Source of the DNA: an uncultured Bacilli bacterium
GTDB taxonomy: Bacteria; Bacillota_I; Bacilli_A; RF39; UBA660
Direction of reading: 5' to 3'
Assembly (NCBI GenBank): GCA_944363605.1
Contig: CALVUM010000026.1
Span: 1-50,954, forward strand
DNA: 50,954 nt
The position numbers and the translations under genes are program-made. Shown piece by piece: positions 7,878-17,228 of the stretch. The notes under the pieces were generated by a model. That model saw only the letters and a list, made by a program, of their open reading frames with translations, was not told where the DNA came from and made no database searches. Each line of letters starts with the position of its first letter. Within the stretch, counting starts at the first letter, position 1.

Positions 7878-10800
7878 TGAAAGCGTTAAAGATAATTTAC
7901 GCGAAATATTTATAAATTATCTATTAAATGATATGGATATCCCGTTGTATAGTTCTAATTCTTATGTAGCAGAAATGATAAGTAATGCCTTTACAGAGGA
8001 TTTTATCAAACAATTCTTGTATGCTTATAATTATTATGAAAAATGGTATCATTTGGATTTAGATGGAATTAAGTTAAGTGATTTTCTATTCTTTAATGGA
8101 ACGAAAATTTCTAGTTCATTAAATACGAATTATCTTATTACGAGTGTTTTAAATACAAGTGAAAGCAACCGTGCGACAAATAATACAGTGAATTTTTATA
8201 ATGCTATTCTTAAAGGAAAAGTAAATATGAATTTCCAGGATTTCTTGCCTTATGTTTTTAAAACATTGAATGGCTATGATGATCCAAGTGATTGGATAGT
8301 GGATCATTTTGAAGGAATTTTATATGAGCAATCTGCGACTGGAACTTATAGTGATGAAGTTATTTATCGAATTTGGCCAATTATGGCAAGAAATCATATG
8401 CATGTTGTTTTGCCAATTCTTTCGGCACCTCAAGAGGATATGTACATTATTACTTGCCCATCACAATTTATTATTGGTAGTTTGAATCGTTATTCTACTT
8501 ATCTTAATAAAGACGGGAACGAAAGAACAAGAATGTATGATATTATTGTTCGTTATGCGAATGCTTTAGGAGATTTTTATGGTATATCAGCTGGATTTAT
8601 TCCAAATGCTGTAAATCTTTTAAATACTAATCGAGTAAATATTCAATACGATACTCGGTTCTATTTTCCAGCTAGTGATAAGGCTGATGAAGGAACACAG
8701 TCGGCTGGAACAACAAGAGATCCTGTCATGAAATGGGTTTATGAAGCAATAGGTGGTGCATGGGCAGCTGCGAATGGTGCGGGAGCTTATGCTACTGGAT
8801 ATGATGTTTGGTGGGTTGTTGATAGTGCTTTAGGTGATATTAATCGTTCAATTCATGTATTCACGCATGAAACTGCTCATAATCAGGATGGCTCTTATTT
8901 CTACGGTGGTAATGGTAGAAGATGGTATACCGGAGCTGAAGCTCATGCTGATGGAGTTATTGCTCAAGAATTTGGAAGTAATGCACAATTTTTCAATGTG
9001 ACTAATAATTTTGCAATAGAAAGTGATTATACTACTAATTTAACTTATGAACGAATTAATACTGAGGAAAAGATAGATAGCTACTATCGAGAGATGTTTG
9101 AAACAAAATATGTACTAGAATATTTAGCTGCTCAGGCCTTCTTACGTTTATCTTATGAAGAACAAGCTAAAGTAGCAATTCAACTTCAATATAGTACGAC
9201 AAGTACGAGTAATGCTACAAGTTATGTCAGATTAACTGCTGAAGATTTTGAAAATATGGATTTACAAACGGTTGCTGATTTATGGGATAACCAAATCGCC
9301 ATTCGGGGTACTGGTTCTTCTCCATCTGCTCAAAACGGAAGTTATGGGTTTGACTCTTTCTATAATTTCTATTTCCATATTCCAAATAATCCTAAAGGAA
9401 CTTCAGATACTAATACTTTTAAAAATACCGGGTATGAGATGTTAGGTTTTGCTGGATATGATAAAGGATTTATTACTTATATGTCGAGAAGAAGTACGGA
9501 CGATTTAGATGCTATTCAAAAAATTACTGGGGATAGCACGATGACTTGGAGAACTTATAAATTAAACCGTTATGCAAATGTTGAAAATAATTTAAATAAA
9601 ATTACCTATTTTGATACAGATGAGATTATTAATCTTTATGAAAGTGCTTTTAAAAAGGATGCAAGTAATAATAATTTAAATTCTTCTGTTGCCGTGACGA
9701 AGTTATATTATGGGATTATGAAAAGAGCAACTAATGATTTTAGAACTGGTGGAATTTATAGTAATCCAGAACCAACATCTATTACGACGGCTGAACAACT
9801 TATTGAAGCGATTAACAATAATTCTATTGGAAATTATCGGATTGATGCAGATTTAGATTTTAGTAATATTTCTCCAGTTGAAGGAAAGACTTATTATATT
9901 GAAAACCGTTTTTTTGGAACTATTGATGGTAATGGTCATAAGCTTTTAGGGATGAAGTATACTTTGTTTAATTCTGTTACTTATGCTCATATAAAAAATA
10001 TTACTATTCTATCTCCTGAATATTCTGAAAATATCGAGGCAACGCTTGCTTTAAATAGTAATAATGTCGTTGTATTTAATTATAATGTTACCGATTCAAA
10101 CTTAAATATACCGGCGATAAAGAATAAATCTGGTTCAATGTTTAGTTTGGGCACCAATGATTTTACTATGCGAGTTCATTATATCAATTCTTTAGAAGAC
10201 TTCTTGGCAATTGATGACTCCAATATTAGTCGAGCAAGTAAATATGTTTTGAATACGGATCTTGATTTTTCTTCTTTTAGTAAAGAAAGTGGACAAAGCG
10301 TGATAACTGGTATTTTTACTGGGATAATTGATGGAAATGGCTACACAATTAAAAATTTAAATAATTATGCTTTGTTTGAACATTTTAGAGGAAGTGTTCG
10401 TAATTTAACGATTCAAGATTTTCGTAATGTAAAAACTGGCGATGAGGTGGCTGCTTTTGCCAGAAATTCTTCTAATGCAACATTTAGTGATATGCGTTTT
10501 ATTAATATTACTTTAGAGGGTAGACATCGTGTTGCGCCTGTTGTCGCGCTTGATAATTCTGGTTCTACGTTTGAACGTATAAGTGTTACAAATATTAATG
10601 TTAAGGGAACAGGTTTTTATATTTCAGGTCTTGTTGGTCGTAAGTACGGTGGAGTAATCCAAGATGTCTATGTTGATGGGGATATCGAAATTTATACAAC
10701 TGCTAATGGAGGAATTGCAGGGTCTTTTGAAAGAAATGTAACTGTTTCTCGGGTAATTTCTAATGTGAATATTAGCCGACCAAGGAGTACTGATTCAAGA

Positions 10801-11145
10801 TTACAAAATGGTGGTTTTGTTGGTTATTTGTATCAAAATAATAGTCGTGTTTCTGATTCAATTTCGCTTGGTAATATGACTGGATTCATGCAAGATGGTA
10901 CAGAAATTACTTCTGGAAAGTTTGTAGGACTTCAAAATACGAGTGAGTTTATTCCATTTACTTTTAGTAATTGTTATGAATATGCATTAGCTACAGGTGT
11001 ATCAGGATTAGTCGAGGATGCCATTAAAGAAGCAAGCAATGAAGATATTTATAATCAAAATTTCTATAAAGATATTCTTCATTTTGATGAAACTATTTGG
11101 GATTTTGATAGTGTTTCAGAAAAAGGGTATCCACAGTTAAAATAA
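7816..11145 (+). CDS. giant surface protein, fragment 3 of 3: ZmpA/B/C-like (peptidase M26 type) zinc metalloprotease domain plus C-terminal GLUG repeats
   Basis: HExxH at nt 8866-8880 (VFTHETAHNQDG ... GAEAHADG). Repeated G(T/I)IDGNG(H/Y) and GLUG-like motifs (GLVGR, GGIAGS, GGFVGY). Joins fragment 2 at ~7850-7858 (..TSEEES / RLYVDFYNES..). Confidence 0.85.
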   Translation: MLQILPLLLVKRSRLYVDFYNESVKDNLREIFINYLLNDMDIPLYSSNSYVAEMISNAFTEDFIKQFLYAYNYYEKWYHLDLDGIKLSDFLFFNGTKISSSLNTNYLITSVLNTSESNRATNNTVNFYNAILKGKVNMNFQDFLPYVFKTLNGYDDPSDWIVDHFEGILYEQSATGTYSDEVIYRIWPIMARNHMHVVLPILSAPQEDMYIITCPSQFIIGSLNRYSTYLNKDGNERTRMYDIIVRYANALGDFYGISAGFIPNAVNLLNTNRVNIQYDTRFYFPASDKADEGTQSAGTTRDPVMKWVYEAIGGAWAAANGAGAYATGYDVWWVVDSALGDINRSIHVFTHETAHNQDGSYFYGGNGRRWYTGAEAHADGVIAQEFGSNAQFFNVTNNFAIESDYTTNLTYERINTEEKIDSYYREMFETKYVLEYLAAQAFLRLSYEEQAKVAIQLQYSTTSTSNATSYVRLTAEDFENMDLQTVADLWDNQIAIRGTGSSPSAQNGSYGFDSFYNFYFHIPNNPKGTSDTNTFKNTGYEMLGFAGYDKGFITYMSRRSTDDLDAIQKITGDSTMTWRTYKLNRYANVENNLNKITYFDTDEIINLYESAFKKDASNNNLNSSVAVTKLYYGIMKRATNDFRTGGIYSNPEPTSITTAEQLIEAINNNSIGNYRIDADLDFSNISPVEGKTYYIENRFFGTIDGNGHKLLGMKYTLFNSVTYAHIKNITILSPEYSENIEATLALNSNNVVVFNYNVTDSNLNIPAIKNKSGSMFSLGTNDFTMRVHYINSLEDFLAIDDSNISRASKYVLNTDLDFSSFSKESGQSVITGIFTGIIDGNGYTIKNLNNYALFEHFRGSVRNLTIQDFRNVKTGDEVAAFARNSSNATFSDMRFINITLEGRHRVAPVVALDNSGSTFERISVTNINVKGTGFYISGLVGRKYGGVIQDVYVDGDIEIYTTANGGIAGSFERNVTVSRVISNVNISRPRSTDSRLQNGGFVGYLYQNNSRVSDSISLGNMTGFMQDGTEITSGKFVGLQNTSEFIPFTFSNCYEYALATGVSGLVEDAIKEASNEDIYNQNFYKDILHFDETIWDFDSVSEKGYPQLK

Positions 11146-11175
11146 AATGTGAACGATGATGTTTGCATTTTTTTT
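11146..11175 (+). terminator. rho-independent terminator candidate
   Basis: AATGTGAAC / GTTTGCATT stem (two G-U pairs) followed by a T8 run, right after the stop at 11145. Confidence 0.5.
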
Positions 11176-11277
11176 AAGGAAGTTTTTATTAGTTAAGTAG
11201 TATAAAATATTTTAATTACATTAAAGGAGTGTAGATTAAGGTATGTTTTATGTGGTAAAATTTGTATGGATGGTGAT

Positions 11278-11610
11278 ATGATGAAAAAACAAACTGCAGG
11301 AAGAAATCAACTTGGCAATTTGGCACCTAAATTTGCTGAATTAAACGATGATGTTTTATTTGGAGAAATATGGTCTAGAGAGGATAAGTTAAATTTACGA
11401 GATAGAAGTTTAATTACTATTTCTGCTTTGATGGCAATGGGTTTATATCCTCAATTAAAAAGTCATCTTATTATGGGGAAAGAACATGGATTAAAAAAGG
11501 AAGAAGTAGTTGAAGTAGTTACACAACTAGCTTTTTATGTTGGTTGGCCAAAAGCTTGGAGTACTTTTCCTTTAATTTTAGAAGTTTATGGAACGGATGG
11601 TGAAGAGTAG
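11278..11610 (+). CDS. carboxymuconolactone decarboxylase (CMD/AhpD-like) family protein
   Basis: ORF 11266..11610. ...LRDRSLITISALMAMG...EEVVEVVTQLAFYVGWPKAWS is typical of the CMD family. Start likely ATG at 11278/11281 after GGTGAT. Confidence 0.75.
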   Translation: MMKKQTAGRNQLGNLAPKFAELNDDVLFGEIWSREDKLNLRDRSLITISALMAMGLYPQLKSHLIMGKEHGLKKEEVVEVVTQLAFYVGWPKAWSTFPLILEVYGTDGEE

Positions 11611-11612
11611 TT

Positions 11613-11854
11613 ATGGAAAATAAAGGAAACGGTGGTTTTTTCGGATTAGGAAACCAAATGATGGTTATGCAAAATATTTTATTGGACAAAGTTATTTGAA
11701 TCCTTTGACTGAAAGTGAGGATTATGTTGCAATTGCTAATGTTACTTTTGAACCAAATTGTCGTAATAATTGGCATGTTCATAAAACGAAGTATCCGGTT
11801 GGGCAAATACCTATTGCAGTTGATGGTTTAGGAGTTTATCAATTGAAGTACTAG
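11613..11854 (+). pseudogene. cupin-domain protein, 5' fragment (frameshifted, then truncated by an insertion)
   Basis: ATG at 11613 (MENKGNGGFFGLGN), then a 1-nt frame change near 11650-11656 into ...PNDGYAKYFIGQSYLNPLTESEDYVAIANVTFEPNCRNNWHVHKT..GQIPIAVDGLGVYQ, followed by a stop at 11852-11854. Confidence 0.75.
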
Positions 11855-11924
11855 AAGAGAACACATATAATGAATGGTGTGAGCCTGTAATGTATAAAGA
11901 ATATAATAAGTTAGGAGGAGAATT

Positions 11925-12431
11925 ATGTTATTTTTAAAAGAGGCAAATTTAGAAGATTGGCAAAAAGAATATGAAGCGATAAAGCAAATGCCCAAAAATG
12001 AGAATGGTTTTGAAAACATGTATTACGATAAAACAGAAGAAGAATTTAAAGAACAAGTAATTCCTGAGTTGATAAATCATTCGAAAGGAATCGGACTTCC
12101 AAGCGGATATGTCCCAGATACTTATTATTTTTTATGGGAAAACGATGAGATTGTTGGTTTATTTAAAATAAGACATTATTTAAATGATTTTTTAGCAAAA
12201 GGACCGGGACATATAGGTTATAGCATTCTTTTTAAGTTTAGAGGGAAAGGATACGCGACTAAAGGATTAAAACTAGCGATTGATAAATGTAAAGAGATAA
12301 TTTCTGAAAATGAAATTTATTTATCTGTACATAAAGATAATCCAAGCTCTTTAAAGGTTCAGCAAAATAATGGGGCTTACATAGTAGGAGAAACAGAGGA
12401 AGAATATTTAACAAGAATAAAAATTAGATAG
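11925..12431 (+). CDS. GNAT family N-acetyltransferase, sitting inside the disrupted cupin gene
   Basis: AGGAGG RBS. GNAT core ...IVGLFKIRHYL...FRGKGYATKGLKLAI.... Confidence 0.85.
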   Translation: MLFLKEANLEDWQKEYEAIKQMPKNENGFENMYYDKTEEEFKEQVIPELINHSKGIGLPSGYVPDTYYFLWENDEIVGLFKIRHYLNDFLAKGPGHIGYSILFKFRGKGYATKGLKLAIDKCKEIISENEIYLSVHKDNPSSLKVQQNNGAYIVGETEEEYLTRIKIR

Positions 12432-12660
12432 GCCCGCAAAAATACTTGCCTTTTATCAAGAAGAGGGAAAAAGTCCAGTTATTATGAAACCAGGAGATAT
12501 TATAGAAATTCCTAGTGGGGTAAAACATTGGCATGGGAGTTATCCAGGTAATTGGTTTTCACATTTAGCTTTTTCACGGCCCGATGAAAAAAGTAGTACG
12601 GAATGGTTAGAAGAAGTGAGTGATGAAGAGTATAATGAGATTTCTAAAACAGTTTATTAG
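12432..12660 (+). pseudogene. cupin-domain protein, 3' fragment
   Basis: Translates as ..FYQEEGKSPVIMKPGDIIEIPSGVKHWHGSYPGNWFSHLAFSRPDEKSSTEWLEEVSDEEYNEI.. with no start codon. This is the continuation of the cupin barrel begun at 11613. Confidence 0.75.
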
Positions 12661-12676
12661 AATGTGATGGATTGTT

Positions 12677-13576
12677 ATGAAAGAAAAATTTGCGATTATT
12701 GAAATAGGAAGTAATAACACAAAGGTTCATGTTTATTTTAAGGGCAAAAGCATTTTTGAAAGTACAACAACTATTGAATTTAAAAAGAATTATGGTATTC
12801 ATCAAAAAATTGTTTCTGAGGATTTAGAAAAATTATATCAAGTAATTGAATTGACTTTAGAAAAAACAGAGGAAATTTATATTTATGGATGTAGTATTTT
12901 TCGAAAAATTTCTGCTCAGGAATTACAGGCTATTAATAATGAACTTTTTGCTAAGTATCAGGTAAAAATTCAAGTTGTTTCTCAAGATAATGAGGCTTTA
13001 TATACAGCTTATGGATGTTATGGAGACATTTCTTATCCTAAAGATTTGTGTATTTTTATTGGAGGTGGTGGCTCCATTGAACTTATTTTTGTTAAAAATA
13101 AAGAAGTTTATGATTATAAATATTTTGACTTTGGAGTGGTTGATGTTACAAATACATTTCCTTCTTTAAAAGATGATTATGCTACTTGTAGTTTTGATGA
13201 GGTAAGTGAATATGTTTCTTCGCTAATTGGAGAAATAAAGCTTTCGTGTGATGTCCTTATTTTAGCAGGTGGCGATCATTTATATTGGTATAACAATGCT
13301 GGTTATTCGCTTATAGAAAACACATTATACCAAAGTGAAAAACAAAAATATATGCTTACTATTGATAAAAGTGATGAATATGATCATGATGCTTTAAAAA
13401 CCTCTTTAGATGCAATTCGGAATCGAAGTGATAATCCCTTATGGTTTGATGGCTCAAGAGCAATGAAAGTTATTACAAATGTTATCTCTCATAAAGTACA
13501 AGCTAAGTATATTATTCCAACAAAAATAAATATGGAAGATGGAATATTCGAAGAAATTTTTCATATAGAAAAATAA
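12677..13576 (+). CDS. Ppx/GppA-like (ASKHA fold) phosphatase family protein
   Basis: AIIEIGSNNTKV (phosphate-1 like), GCSIFRKISAQE, IFIGGGGSIELIF motifs in the order expected for the Ppx/GppA N-terminal domains. Confidence 0.55.
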   Translation: MKEKFAIIEIGSNNTKVHVYFKGKSIFESTTTIEFKKNYGIHQKIVSEDLEKLYQVIELTLEKTEEIYIYGCSIFRKISAQELQAINNELFAKYQVKIQVVSQDNEALYTAYGCYGDISYPKDLCIFIGGGGSIELIFVKNKEVYDYKYFDFGVVDVTNTFPSLKDDYATCSFDEVSEYVSSLIGEIKLSCDVLILAGGDHLYWYNNAGYSLIENTLYQSEKQKYMLTIDKSDEYDHDALKTSLDAIRNRSDNPLWFDGSRAMKVITNVISHKVQAKYIIPTKINMEDGIFEEIFHIEK

Positions 13577-13614
13577 TTTCTTTTTTTTCGAATATATTAT
13601 AAGGAAAGATAGTT

Positions 13615-13851
13615 ATGGATTTTTTTGATTTTTTATTTTTTATGTATGAAAAAGCTGTAAAGGAGCGTAAAAAAGGCTTGTTTTTTCTCTATTTGTTTTT
13701 TACAAGCTTTCTTTTTCTTGGACTTCTTTGTTTGACAATTTTTTGTTTTATTTATAAAAAGTATTTTTATGGAGTGTTTTTAGGTATTATAACATTCGGA
13801 TATTTTCTTTTGTTATTAGTACCTATATTTGAAAGAAATAGAAAAAAATAA
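13615..13851 (+). CDS. small two-TM membrane protein
   Basis: 78-aa ORF with two long hydrophobic stretches and Lys/Arg-rich ends. Confidence 0.45.
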   Translation: MDFFDFLFFMYEKAVKERKKGLFFLYLFFTSFLFLGLLCLTIFCFIYKKYFYGVFLGIITFGYFLLLLVPIFERNRKK

Positions 13852-13861
13852 TGTAAGAGGA

Positions 13862-14215
13862 ATGCTTATGTTTGATTCGAATTTTCCCCCAAATATTGAT
13901 CCACAGTCCTTTTCTTTGTTGGCAATAGCTGTTGGGGCGGCTGTCGTTGGAGATTTAAATGCTAATGAACAAAATAGTGTTGGTAACTGGTTAGAACTAG
14001 TTGGACAATATATTTTAACTCATGCTGCTCATCAACAACTTATTGAGTCTAGAATTGAAAATTTTAATATTAATATTAATAGTCAAAAATCTAAGTCTGG
14101 AAATGGTCCGTTTGTTAATGGGGATAAAAGTAATCAAACACAACGAGCAGAAGTCGATTATTTATTAGATGTTTTAGCTAAAATGCAAGAAGAGTTAAAG
14201 AATTATAAAAACTAA
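13862..14215 (+). CDS. hypothetical protein
   Basis: ORF 13829..14215. AAGAGG RBS at 13855-13860 favours ATG at 13862/13868. No recognised domain. Confidence 0.5.
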   Translation: MLMFDSNFPPNIDPQSFSLLAIAVGAAVVGDLNANEQNSVGNWLELVGQYILTHAAHQQLIESRIENFNININSQKSKSGNGPFVNGDKSNQTQRAEVDYLLDVLAKMQEELKNYKN

Positions 14216-14745
14216 TTGTGATATGTGTTTTCAATTAGTTTTTTTATATATTCAATAATACTTTCTTCTGTTTCTTTCATTCCTCTTTTAAACCAGTCAT
14301 TAATAATCGCAAATACTCCATGAACATAAAAAGTTGCGACATAATAAATTGGAATTTGTTCTTCTTTAATGTTTTTTTCTAAGTCTTTTATAAACATATT
14401 TATTAAAATATTCGTGCATAAGTTATCGATATCGTTGCTTAAAAGTTGGCGATATAGGTTTTCGTTTTCTTTAATATTTGTCATATAAAGTTTTGCTAGT
14501 TCAATATAATAGTCTAAAACATTTTGGGTAATGGGAAGTTTTTCTAACATATCTTTTTGAATTGTTTGGATAGAATATTTTAATAAATCATATTTATCTT
14601 TGAAATGACTATAAAATGTTGTTTTGTGAACCATAGCTCTTTCACAGATTTCATTTAGTTTTATTTCGGAAAATGGCTTTTTTTCTAATAATTCAATTAA
14701 AGCTTCCATTAATAGTTTTTTCGTTTTTCTGATTCGTAAGTCCAT
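14212..14745 (-). CDS. TetR/AcrR family transcriptional regulator
   Basis: N-terminal HTH ...FSEIKLNEICERAMVHKTTFYSHFKDKYDLL.... Divergent from the MMPL transporter gene. Confidence 0.9.
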   Translation of the reverse strand: MDLRIRKTKKLLMEALIELLEKKPFSEIKLNEICERAMVHKTTFYSHFKDKYDLLKYSIQTIQKDMLEKLPITQNVLDYYIELAKLYMTNIKENENLYRQLLSNDIDNLCTNILINMFIKDLEKNIKEEQIPIYYVATFYVHGVFAIINDWFKRGMKETEESIIEYIKKLIENTYHN

Positions 14746-14901
14746 ATAAAATCACCTTATTTATTATATCATTAATATACTTTGGTAGGATAAATAAAAA
14801 AACTACCTTTTTATACAAAAGTAGGATATTTATATTTTCTTTTGTTTTTTTCTCTGTAATTTTTTTCAATAATCCATATAATGAACTGTGGGTGATGAAA
14901 T

Positions 14902-17133
14902 TTGAAGAAAAAAAATGAAAGAACATTTTTAATGAAAGTGGGAGATTTCATTGTTGATTTTCGATATCTTTTTTTGATATTGTTTCTCGCTTTAATAAGC
15001 CTTAGTGTTTATAATTTAAATAATGTTCAGGTTAATTATGATATTACATCTTATCTTTCCGATGAAACGGAGACAAAAAAGGGTTTACAACTGATGGAAG
15101 ATGAATTTGGTAAGATAAATGAATTACAAGTTTTAGTTACGGATGTAACTTATGAGGATGCCTTACAACTTAAAGAAGATTTGGGAGAGCTTTCTCATGT
15201 AGAAGAAATATCTTTTGATGAAACAGAAAATTATTATAAAGATAATCAAGCATTGTTTGTCCTTTTACTTGATGATGTTTCTGATGAAGAAAGAAGTACA
15301 ACTGTAGATTCAGTTAAGGATGCACTTCAAAATAAGGAATATTATCTTTATGTAGAAAATGGCGAAGATGTAGTTGAAGGTATGAATTTGATTTTAGTCT
15401 TAGCTATTTTAATTATTGTTATTGTTCTATTTTTAACTACTACTTCTTATTTTGAAATTGTCTTAGCTTTTTTCGTATTTGGTGTTTCAATTTTACTTAA
15501 TATGGGAACTAATTTCTTATTTGGAGAAATTTCTTATATTACGCAGTCTATTGCTATTATTTTGCAACTTGGTTTGTCTTTAGATTATTTTATTATTTTT
15601 ATGAATCATTATATGAAAGAGAAAAATGATACGAAAGATATTTATTTAGCTATTAAAAAAACGATATCTAAATCGATACCAGAAATATTTGCAAGTAGTT
15701 TAACGACGATTGCAGGCTTACTTGCACTTGTGTTTATGCAATTGAAAATTGGAGCAGATATTGGGGTTATTTTGTCTAAAGGTATTTTATGTAGTATGTT
15801 AACAGTTTTATTATTGTTGCCTTTTTTACTTGTTCTTTTTCATACATGTATTGATAAAACAGAGCATAAGGTGAAAATACCTAATGTATCTAAGTTAGCT
15901 AATTTTATTATTTCTAAGCAAAAAATTCTATTAGGTATCTTTATGATTTTCCTAATTGGAAGTTGTATCTTACTTCCTAAATATGATTATGTGTATAATA
16001 TTTATTCAGTAAAGGCTTTTCATGAAAGAGAAAATCAAATTGCTTTAGAGAAAATTGAGGAGACTTTTGGTTCGACAAATCGTTTAGTTGTCGTATTTGA
16101 ACAAGAAAATAAGGATTATAATAAAGAACTTTTGTTAACACAAGAGTTACTGCAAAATGAAAAAATTGCTTCTGTTACTTCTTTAGGAGGTTATGCGTTT
16201 AAAAACGGTCTTTATTTAGGAACAAATCTTTCTTATAAAGACTTTAGTCAAATATTTCAAATTCCGATGAAGGATTCTCTACAGTTATATGGTTATTATT
16301 TACAAGAGATGGGCTTAGCTCAGGATATAGAAACAATAAATCTTTCTTTAATTGATCTAATTTATTTTTTGAATAGTCATAGTGATAAACTTTTACTTGA
16401 TGAGTCTTTGAAAGCAACAATTTCTAGTTATTATACAAAGCTTCAGGAGAGTATTTCCTTACTTGAAAGTCCCAATTATTCTCGAATGATTTTAGAATTG
16501 AAAGTGCCAAGTGAAGGGGAAGATGCTTATCAGTTATTAGAAAGTGTACGAGATACGACCTATTCTTATTATAATAATGTTTTGTTAGTTGGTGAAAGTG
16601 TAAGTGCCAAAGATTTACATAATTCATTCTCTCAGGATAATTTGGTTATCACTCTTGTCACGGTTTTATTTATTGCTCTTATTATTTTTGGAACATTTAA
16701 ATCAATACCGATTACGCTTCTTTTGATTTTTGTGATAGAGGGAAGTATTTTAATGAATTTTGGCGTGCAAACTTTATTAGGAAACGAAATTTTCTTTATT
16801 AGTTATATTATTGTTTGTGCTATTCAAATGGGCGCAACTATTGATTATGCAATTGTTCTTACGAATCGTTATTTGCAATTACGTAAGAAAAATGAACGAA
16901 GGGAAGCACTTATAATGGCAATTAATGATTGTTTACCAACAATTGTTACAAGTGGCTTTATATTAACTATAGCAGGATTTTTAATTGGTTTTATTTCAAG
17001 TTCAGGTGTTGTTTCTTCTATTGGCTTTTTCTTGGGATTTGGAACTTTGATATCTATGTTAATAACTATCTTTGTTTTGCCGACATTTTTATATATGGGA
17101 GATTCGGTTTGGAAAAGAGAGAAAAGAAAATAA
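14902..17133 (+). CDS. MMPL/RND-superfamily membrane transporter
   Basis: 743 aa with two blocks of ~5-6 TM helices separated by a large soluble loop. Sits next to a divergent TetR regulator. Confidence 0.8.
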   Translation: MKKKNERTFLMKVGDFIVDFRYLFLILFLALISLSVYNLNNVQVNYDITSYLSDETETKKGLQLMEDEFGKINELQVLVTDVTYEDALQLKEDLGELSHVEEISFDETENYYKDNQALFVLLLDDVSDEERSTTVDSVKDALQNKEYYLYVENGEDVVEGMNLILVLAILIIVIVLFLTTTSYFEIVLAFFVFGVSILLNMGTNFLFGEISYITQSIAIILQLGLSLDYFIIFMNHYMKEKNDTKDIYLAIKKTISKSIPEIFASSLTTIAGLLALVFMQLKIGADIGVILSKGILCSMLTVLLLLPFLLVLFHTCIDKTEHKVKIPNVSKLANFIISKQKILLGIFMIFLIGSCILLPKYDYVYNIYSVKAFHERENQIALEKIEETFGSTNRLVVVFEQENKDYNKELLLTQELLQNEKIASVTSLGGYAFKNGLYLGTNLSYKDFSQIFQIPMKDSLQLYGYYLQEMGLAQDIETINLSLIDLIYFLNSHSDKLLLDESLKATISSYYTKLQESISLLESPNYSRMILELKVPSEGEDAYQLLESVRDTTYSYYNNVLLVGESVSAKDLHNSFSQDNLVITLVTVLFIALIIFGTFKSIPITLLLIFVIEGSILMNFGVQTLLGNEIFFISYIIVCAIQMGATIDYAIVLTNRYLQLRKKNERREALIMAINDCLPTIVTSGFILTIAGFLIGFISSSGVVSSIGFFLGFGTLISMLITIFVLPTFLYMGDSVWKREKRK

Positions 17134-17146
17134 TTTCTCTTTTTTT
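17118..17146 (+). terminator. weak rho-independent terminator candidate
   Basis: AGAGAAA / TTTCTCT stem overlapping the stop codon, followed by T7. Confidence 0.35.
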
Positions 17147-17228
17147 GTCAATTTGAAGTCAAGCCTTCTTCTTTTTTTCTTCAATATATTTAATTTTTGA
17201 TACTATTAAAGTAAGGATGTGATATGTA

